A stretch of 37,432 nt of DNA from an uncultured Candidatus Saccharibacteria bacterium (lineage in GTDB: Bacteria; Patescibacteriota; Minisyncoccia; Phycocordibacterales; UBA12088), in contig CAZMLK010000002.1 in NCBI GenBank assembly GCA_964567265.1, positions 204,813 to 242,244 on the forward strand. Reading direction: 5' to 3'. Positions within the stretch are counted from its first letter, which is position 1. Every line of letters begins with the position of its first letter. The notes beneath the pieces were generated by a model. It was not told the DNA's origin. It ran no database searches and was given only the letters and a program-made list of their open reading frames with translations. Shown here piece by piece: positions 32,089 to 37,432 of the stretch. The translations under genes were made by a program, and so were the position numbers.

Positions 32089-35000
32089 ATGAACACTAAC
32101 AAACTCAAATCCGCCCTCGCCCGACTCCCACGCGGGGAAGGATTCACCCTCCTCTACGCCATCATCATGGTGGCAGCAGTCCTCTTCATCACCACCTCAG
32201 CACTCTTCCTTCTCACGAGGCAGGTCCGTTTCGCCACCATCTCCAATGACTCCCAGGATGCCTACTACGCTGCAGAGTCTGCAGGCGAATGCATCCTCTC
32301 CTACGCCCAGGCCGGCGTGTTCGACAAGGGCATCGTCCAGGACATCGTGTGTGATGGGGTGACGTATCGTACTGACGGGTCTCCGAAGCAGACCTTCAAG
32401 ATCAAAATCACGAACCCGACGACAGGTCTCGAGACGGTCGCGATCGTCACTGTTGATACGGTAAAGAAGACTATCGATTCCCTCGGATATAACAGCGATG
32501 ACGAGACGCTCCCCACCCGCCTCCAGCGCGCCATCACCTTCCGCTACAAGTCGTATTGTCCGATCGGAGGGGACGTGATGATCCTCGCGGACACTTCAGG
32601 CAGTATTGATGCTTCAGAATTGGTCATATACAAGAAATCGATCAAATACCTTATAGACAGGATTTATGCGGCCGAACCGACCACCAACGTTGGTCTGATC
32701 GAGTTTAATACAAATGCGCAGGTCAGAGACAACATGAAAGCGTTGAATGCAGGAACATATCTCGCAGATCTCAAGGCGGATGTGGATTTGCTGGGTGAGT
32801 ACTCGGGGCGCACTCACACTTCGATCGCTCTTCGTAGTGCATGGCTTCAATTCCAGGACTTGAAGGACTCGAGCTCCAATTCCTATGATCCGACAGGCAT
32901 CTTTAACAGTGATTCACCTCCGGCCGAAATGAGTGGCGGCATGATCGAGGGGGCTGATATTGTCCCCATCAACCCTCCCGTGAATCGCGATGACGAAGAG
33001 TATTCGAATCATGTGATCCTTTTCACGGATGGCGGACCGAACGACTGGATTTCCACAAGCTCAGTCCGTATCAGTGGCGTGTTAAAACCGAAAGGGTTTT
33101 ATATTGACTCCCCGTGCAAATGGAATGCCGATGGCTCGGTGTACGCCGACAGTAATGACACGGCTCCAGGGTGCTATAAGGGTGCCTTCACCATTCCCGC
33201 GCAGTATAGTTTCATGAAAGAGGCGACGAACCTTAAGACGCTTGCAACGCTCTATACGGTTGCGATCGGTCTCGGCACCGACCCTGATGGAGCAGGATCA
33301 GATGAGTGCCTTCCGGGCGTCACCTGCCTCCAGCAGATGCAAGAGGCGGCAACCACGCCAGATCTTTCGTGGGTGGCAAATGATTTCAACGAAGCCCGGC
33401 TGAACCAGATCGCCGACGAAATTCTTGCCTGCAATATTCCGATCAAGAATGGAAACACCGCGCCGATCGTCCTCGGCGGCTATCCGACAGGCTCACTCCC
33501 GCAGGGGACGACCCAGACGACTATGTCGGTGACCACCAATGAGGATGCCCAGTGCAAATGGAGCACGGGTGACGTGTCCTATGGCGCGATGGCGAATACG
33601 TTTACGACTACCGGTACCAAGTCCCACTCGACGACGTTGACCGGCCTCACCAACAATACTTCCTATACGCGTTACATCCGTTGCCAGGATTCAGGAGGGC
33701 TCGAAAGCACGCCAGGCTACATCATCAGTTTTTCTGTCGCAGCAGGCTCGAGCGATACGACAGTTCCGTCGGTCCCCGCAGGACTCACTGCAAATCCCAT
33801 CTCATCAACCCAAATCAACTTGTCATGGACAGCATCCACCGATAATGTTGCAGTGACAGGTTACGAGCTCCAGCGGTGCGCGGGGGCGTCGTGTACAAAT
33901 TTCACCAGCTTGTCGACGCCGACAGGGACTACCTACAACAATACGGGCCTTACTGCCGGAACAACCTATCGCTACAAAGTTCGCGCGCGCGACGCCGCTT
34001 CGAACTGGTCGGCATATTCTTCAATAGTGGATGGTGCAACCTCCGCGGGTGCCGTTTCCATTCCGACAGGCTATCTTGCTTATTTCCCCTTCAATGAGGG
34101 AAGTGGCGCAACGGCTGCGAATGCCGCGGGATCAGGGAATGCATCCCTCCTCGGCACCTATTCGTGGGTCACACGCGGATCCGGGAACGCTATCGATTTC
34201 AATGGGGCATCAGGCCGCGCATCAGTCGGGGACGTCACCTTCCTCGACGGACTCAGTAAAGCCACGTTTGCTACCTGGATGAACTGGGACAGTAAATCGA
34301 CCAATTCAAGTCAGTCGATCATGCGGAAGGACGGCACCATCACGCTCATGCAATCGAACAACAGCACCTCTCTTTGGCGTTCAACCATATGGGCACCGAC
34401 GAGCGTCGCGCATGCCGTCCCGCTTTCGAACATCCCGACCGGCACCTGGACGCATGTCGCGGTGGTCTGGGACAACAGTGTAAATTCCGGAAAACCGAAG
34501 CTGTATGTGAACGGTGCATTCGTGATGGATTACCCTACAGGGAGTACGGGCGTTACTGCAAATTCATCGAACGCGCTCATGTTCGGCGCAACCGAGTCAA
34601 ACACGGAATGGTACGACGGGAAGCTCGACGACGTGATTATCTACGGACGGGCGCTTACTGCTACCGAAGTGAATAATCTCTATAACGCAACGCAGACCTC
34701 CGCTCCCTCCGCTGATACGACCGCTCCAACCGCTCCAACCGGCCTCAGACTTCTAGACGATTCCGCTACGACCGTCGCGGTCGATTGGAACGCGTCGACC
34801 GATGCAGTCGGCGTCACTGGATATGAAGTGCAGCGTTGTACGGGTGCTTCCTGTACGTCATGGGTAACGGTTGAAAGTCCGACAGCGACCGATCATGAGA
34901 GTACGGGACTTTCCGCGGGAACCGTCTACCGGTTCCGCGTGCGCGCCCGCGATGCCGCAGGGAACTGGTCCGCGTACTCCTCGATTGTCGATACACAGAC

Positions 35001-35682
35001 AATCCCGACGAGCGGACTGATCGGCCAGTGGCTCATGGATTCGCAGACGGGCGGCGTCGTGAGCAGCAATCAGGGAAGCGGCTCCTACGGGGGGACGCTT
35101 ACTGGCGGCGCGGCCATCAATACGTCCGCCCCGGCGCATGGTGCGGGCGCGGTGCTTCTCGATGGCGTGAATGATATCGTCAACTTCGGAGACATCACGG
35201 AAATCAACGGAGCTCCTGATCTCTCAGTCTCTCTCTGGTTCAAGGATGCGAATGCGGGAAGTACTGCCGTGCGCGGGCTGTTTACGAAGTTCCAGGATCA
35301 GAACACCGATTTCCTGGCAGCGGTCGATAATGCAAACTTCTATATCGATCTCGGAAATGGTTCTGCGGACACCTATGCAAAATGGAATTTTGGAGCGGGG
35401 AATCTTGCGGGCAACACCTGGCATCATGCAGTGATCGTCTATGACGGTACCCTGGCTGCGGCAAGCCGTCTGAAGCTCTATGTCGACAATGTCCAGCGGA
35501 CGCTGACGTTCTTTGGTACCATTCCCGCGACGATCAACAGTGGACTTTCCGGCAATCCGTTCCGTCTCGGCACCCTTGATGGCTCATCAAAGTACTGGAA
35601 TGGCAGAATCGACTCTTTGCGCATCTACAACCGCGATCTCACTGCGAATGAAGTCGACGCGCTCTACAATCAGAAGCAGTAG
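32089..35682 (+). CDS. modular pilus-tip adhesin: PilX/GspK-like pilin anchor + vWA + Ig-like + FN3-LamG + FN3-LamG
   Basis: 1197 aa. Prepilin-like LPRGEG|FTLLYAIIMVAAVLFI has Tyr rather than Glu at +5. The vWA MIDAS elements are DTSGS, GRTHTS and LFTDGGPND. Two FN3 modules are present (GLTANPISSTQINLSWTAS...YRYKVRARDAASNWS and the related GLRLLD...YRFRVRARDAAGNWS). Each FN3 is followed by a LamG/ConA-like module ending ...GKLDDVIIYGRALTATEVNNLYN or ...GRIDSLRIYNRDLTANEVDALYN. Confidence 0.88.
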   Translation: MNTNKLKSALARLPRGEGFTLLYAIIMVAAVLFITTSALFLLTRQVRFATISNDSQDAYYAAESAGECILSYAQAGVFDKGIVQDIVCDGVTYRTDGSPKQTFKIKITNPTTGLETVAIVTVDTVKKTIDSLGYNSDDETLPTRLQRAITFRYKSYCPIGGDVMILADTSGSIDASELVIYKKSIKYLIDRIYAAEPTTNVGLIEFNTNAQVRDNMKALNAGTYLADLKADVDLLGEYSGRTHTSIALRSAWLQFQDLKDSSSNSYDPTGIFNSDSPPAEMSGGMIEGADIVPINPPVNRDDEEYSNHVILFTDGGPNDWISTSSVRISGVLKPKGFYIDSPCKWNADGSVYADSNDTAPGCYKGAFTIPAQYSFMKEATNLKTLATLYTVAIGLGTDPDGAGSDECLPGVTCLQQMQEAATTPDLSWVANDFNEARLNQIADEILACNIPIKNGNTAPIVLGGYPTGSLPQGTTQTTMSVTTNEDAQCKWSTGDVSYGAMANTFTTTGTKSHSTTLTGLTNNTSYTRYIRCQDSGGLESTPGYIISFSVAAGSSDTTVPSVPAGLTANPISSTQINLSWTASTDNVAVTGYELQRCAGASCTNFTSLSTPTGTTYNNTGLTAGTTYRYKVRARDAASNWSAYSSIVDGATSAGAVSIPTGYLAYFPFNEGSGATAANAAGSGNASLLGTYSWVTRGSGNAIDFNGASGRASVGDVTFLDGLSKATFATWMNWDSKSTNSSQSIMRKDGTITLMQSNNSTSLWRSTIWAPTSVAHAVPLSNIPTGTWTHVAVVWDNSVNSGKPKLYVNGAFVMDYPTGSTGVTANSSNALMFGATESNTEWYDGKLDDVIIYGRALTATEVNNLYNATQTSAPSADTTAPTAPTGLRLLDDSATTVAVDWNASTDAVGVTGYEVQRCTGASCTSWVTVESPTATDHESTGLSAGTVYRFRVRARDAAGNWSAYSSIVDTQTIPTSGLIGQWLMDSQTGGVVSSNQGSGSYGGTLTGGAAINTSAPAHGAGAVLLDGVNDIVNFGDITEINGAPDLSVSLWFKDANAGSTAVRGLFTKFQDQNTDFLAAVDNANFYIDLGNGSADTYAKWNFGAGNLAGNTWHHAVIVYDGTLAAASRLKLYVDNVQRTLTFFGTIPATINSGLSGNPFRLGTLDGSSKYWNGRIDSLRIYNRDLTANEVDALYNQKQ
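32098..32580 (+). repeat. 483-nt direct repeat, copy 1 (adhesin N-terminal module)
   Basis: 100% identical to 35909-36391 (offset 3811 nt). It covers codons 4-164 of both adhesin genes. Confidence 0.93.
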
Positions 35683-35711
35683 CGACAAAACGGGACTCTG
35701 ATTGCGATACA

Positions 35712-35746
35712 AAACACAAACCGCGGCTGCGCCGCTGTTTGTGTTT
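35712..35746 (+). terminator. terminator hairpin after the large adhesin gene
   Basis: AAACACAAACCGCGGC-TGC-GCCGCTGTTTGTGTTT forms a stem with one mismatch. Confidence 0.6.
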
Positions 35747-35771
35747 CTTGATGGATACTGGATAACTCTGA

Positions 35772-35801
35772 GTGACAGGGACAGGGAAGCGCCCGTATAC
35801 T
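35772..35801 (+). promoter_or_regulatory. promoter-like GTGACA-N18-TATACT upstream of the second adhesin gene
   Basis: GTGACA at 35772-35777 and TATACT at 35796-35801. It lies within TACTGgATAACTCtGAGTGACAGG, the same motif as at 31955-31978. Confidence 0.45.
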
Positions 35802-35899
35802 GAAGGAGAACTGAGAAATCCCTCACGCTGTCTTCAGGATCACGGCGATTATTAAATTAGATTAAGGTTCGTGCGCGGTGAAACGCAGCACGTGCAGGT

Positions 35900-37246
35900 A
35901 TGAATAACAACAAACTCAAATCCGCCCTCGCCCGACTCCCACGCGGGGAAGGATTCACCCTCCTCTACGCCATCATCATGGTGGCAGCAGTCCTCTTCAT
36001 CACCACCTCAGCACTCTTCCTTCTCACGAGGCAGGTCCGTTTCGCCACCATCTCCAATGACTCCCAGGATGCCTACTACGCTGCAGAGTCTGCAGGCGAA
36101 TGCATCCTCTCCTACGCCCAGGCCGGCGTGTTCGACAAGGGCATCGTCCAGGACATCGTGTGTGATGGGGTGACGTATCGTACTGACGGGTCTCCGAAGC
36201 AGACCTTCAAGATCAAAATCACGAACCCGACGACAGGTCTCGAGACGGTCGCGATCGTCACTGTTGATACGGTAAAGAAGACTATCGATTCCCTCGGATA
36301 TAACAGCGATGACGAGACGCTCCCCACCCGCCTCCAGCGCGCCATCACCTTCCGCTACAAGTCGTATTGTCCGATCGGAGGGGACGTGATGCTTGTCGTC
36401 GACAACTCAAGCAGCATCGATGACAGCGAGATGGCCGTATACAAGGCGAACCTGAAATACCTCGTGGATCGCATCTACGAAGCGGACAAGACGACCCGTG
36501 TCGGACTCATCACGTATGGAAGCGCGGCGAAGACTGTCTCTGACCTGGTCGCGCTCGATGACGGCAACCATTATGGATGGCTGAAGACCAAGATCGATGC
36601 CATGTCGAACATGGGCCGCACGCATACCTCGATCGCGCTCACTGACGCCTGGCTTCAATTCCAGAATCTCGAGGAGATTGATCAAGGCGGGGAGCCTCCA
36701 TACGACATCGTCAATTCGGATGGAGTAAAGCTTACCTCGGGAATGGTGACGGATACGCGCATCATCACCCCTGCCGTGAACCGTGATGATGAGGAGTTCT
36801 CGAATCACGTCATCCTCTTCACTGACGGCAGCCCGAATGACTGGATCGCGACATCATCCATCAAAGTCAACGGCATACTGAAACCGAAAGGCTTCTGGAT
36901 AGACACCCCGTGCAAATGGAAAGCAGACGGATCCATGTATGCAGACAATAACACTGTCCCCCCAGGCTGCGTGAAGCAGGCCGGAGTGTACACGATTCCT
37001 GCGCCGTACAGCTTCCTCACGACCGCAAGCAAGGTAAAATCACTCGCCACGCTCTACACCATCGCCATCGGCCTAGATGCGGGGGATGAAGAAGAGGAGT
37101 CGCTTTGCCTCCCGAACAAGACCTGCAAGCAGATCATGAGCGAGGCAGCGACCGACCCGAAGCTCGCCTGGATCGCAAACTCGTTCGATAAGGCACGTCT
37201 CGATGCCATCACGGACGAGATCCTTGACTGCGATCGACCTGAATAA
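35900..37246 (+). CDS. modular pilus-tip protein, short paralog: PilX/GspK-like anchor + divergent vWA domain
   Basis: 448 aa. Residues 4-164 are identical to the 1197-aa protein. The following vWA domain is roughly half identical (DNSSS MIDAS, GRTHTS, LFTDGSPND). The protein ends where the long paralog continues into its Ig/FN3/LamG modules. Confidence 0.88.
   Translation: MNNNKLKSALARLPRGEGFTLLYAIIMVAAVLFITTSALFLLTRQVRFATISNDSQDAYYAAESAGECILSYAQAGVFDKGIVQDIVCDGVTYRTDGSPKQTFKIKITNPTTGLETVAIVTVDTVKKTIDSLGYNSDDETLPTRLQRAITFRYKSYCPIGGDVMLVVDNSSSIDDSEMAVYKANLKYLVDRIYEADKTTRVGLITYGSAAKTVSDLVALDDGNHYGWLKTKIDAMSNMGRTHTSIALTDAWLQFQNLEEIDQGGEPPYDIVNSDGVKLTSGMVTDTRIITPAVNRDDEEFSNHVILFTDGSPNDWIATSSIKVNGILKPKGFWIDTPCKWKADGSMYADNNTVPPGCVKQAGVYTIPAPYSFLTTASKVKSLATLYTIAIGLDAGDEEEESLCLPNKTCKQIMSEAATDPKLAWIANSFDKARLDAITDEILDCDRPE
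35909..36391 (+). repeat. 483-nt direct repeat, copy 2
   Basis: 100% identical to 32098-32580. Confidence 0.93.
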
Positions 37247-37261
37247 GACTTTACGGGTATC

Positions 37262-37326
37262 CGCGAAAACGAACGAAAAACCATCCCTGACCATCACTTG
37301 GGGATGGTTTTTCGTTCGTTTTCGCG
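37262..37326 (+). terminator. 25-26-bp perfect hairpin after the second adhesin gene
   Basis: GCGAAAACGAACGAAAAACCATCCC, a 13-nt loop, then GGGATGGTTTTTCGTTCGTTTTCGC (37263-37287 with 37301-37325). Confidence 0.7.
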
Positions 37327-37358
37327 CCATGCCTTCCCATCGCTCCCGCGAAGGGAAA

Positions 37359-37367
37359 TGCTAGAAT
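37359..37367 (+). promoter_or_regulatory. extended -10 TGCTAGAAT exactly 6 nt before ATG 37374 (leaderless-type)
   Basis: TGCTAGAAT-aggcaa-ATG, read directly. Confidence 0.45.
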
Positions 37368-37373
37368 AGGCAA

Positions 37374-37432
37374 ATGACCGCGAAAACAGAGGCTAAAAAA
37401 CGTATCGATAAGCTCAGGGCGCTTATCGATTA
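37374..37432 (+). CDS. partial CDS (5' end only); N-terminus reminiscent of NAD-dependent DNA ligase
   Basis: MTAKTEAKKRIDKLRALID... runs off the window. The product call rests on only 19 residues. Confidence 0.35.
   Translation, partial: MTAKTEAKKRIDKLRALID

Noticed and set aside
32098-36391. The 483-nt direct repeat as the ends of a mobile element or composite transposon.
   Set aside because: Both copies are in-frame coding sequence for the same protein module, and no transposase, integrase or terminal inverted repeats are present. A repeat-induced assembly artefact remains a caveat and is stated in the corresponding finding.
26491-37246. A diversity-generating retroelement acting on the pilins or adhesins.
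   Set aside because: The window has no reverse transcriptase ORF and no template-repeat/variable-repeat pair with adenine-specific mismatches. The variation looks like paralog divergence and gene conversion.
1-37432. Alternative genetic code (UGA recoding, as in some candidate phyla).
   Set aside because: TGA functions as a stop in several ATGA gene overlaps (13642, 20865, 24054, 30196, 30864, 15982). All conserved proteins are full length under the standard code.

Overview
This is a GC-rich bacterial window of 37.4 kb that uses the standard genetic code (TGA acts as a stop in several ATGA overlaps). The first half carries housekeeping genes: ndk, a pyrD-like/pyrC pair, the infC-rpmI-rplT operon, ftsH, recG, tRNA-Ile and tRNA-Ser. 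Mixed among them are accessory genes: a secreted protein with five Ig-like repeats and a lamin-tail domain, an AOX/PTOX-like di-iron oxidase operon, a VOC protein and an orphan pilin. The second half (18.9-37.2 kb) is one large type IV pilus (T4P) locus with no secretin gene. In order it encodes pilM, N-like, O-like and P-like proteins, pilB, a CheY-like receiver, pilT, pilC, three tandem mosaic major-pilin paralogs, a pilin, pilD, a pilin, three minor pilins, and two tip-adhesin genes that each have a promoter-like motif. comFC is transcribed divergently from pilM. The gene content and envelope-free pilus layout resemble reduced monoderm-like lineages such as Patescibacteria/CPR, but that is inference only. 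The most notable observations are these. (1) Two pilin-anchored vWA adhesin genes share a 483-nt block of 100% identity and then diverge abruptly; one is extended by Ig, FN3 and LamG modules. (2) The three major pilin genes show cassette-like mosaic identity. (3) An extended -10 box recurs 6-8 nt upstream of ATG at many genes, implying leaderless mRNAs. (4) A candidate stand-alone structured sRNA of about 175 nt has its own promoter and terminator. (5) The tRNA-Ile carries a UAU anticodon. (6) An AOX/PTOX-like oxidase sits in a genome context where a quinone-based chain is not evident. All coordinates and motifs were read by eye from the sequence. No database searches were run.
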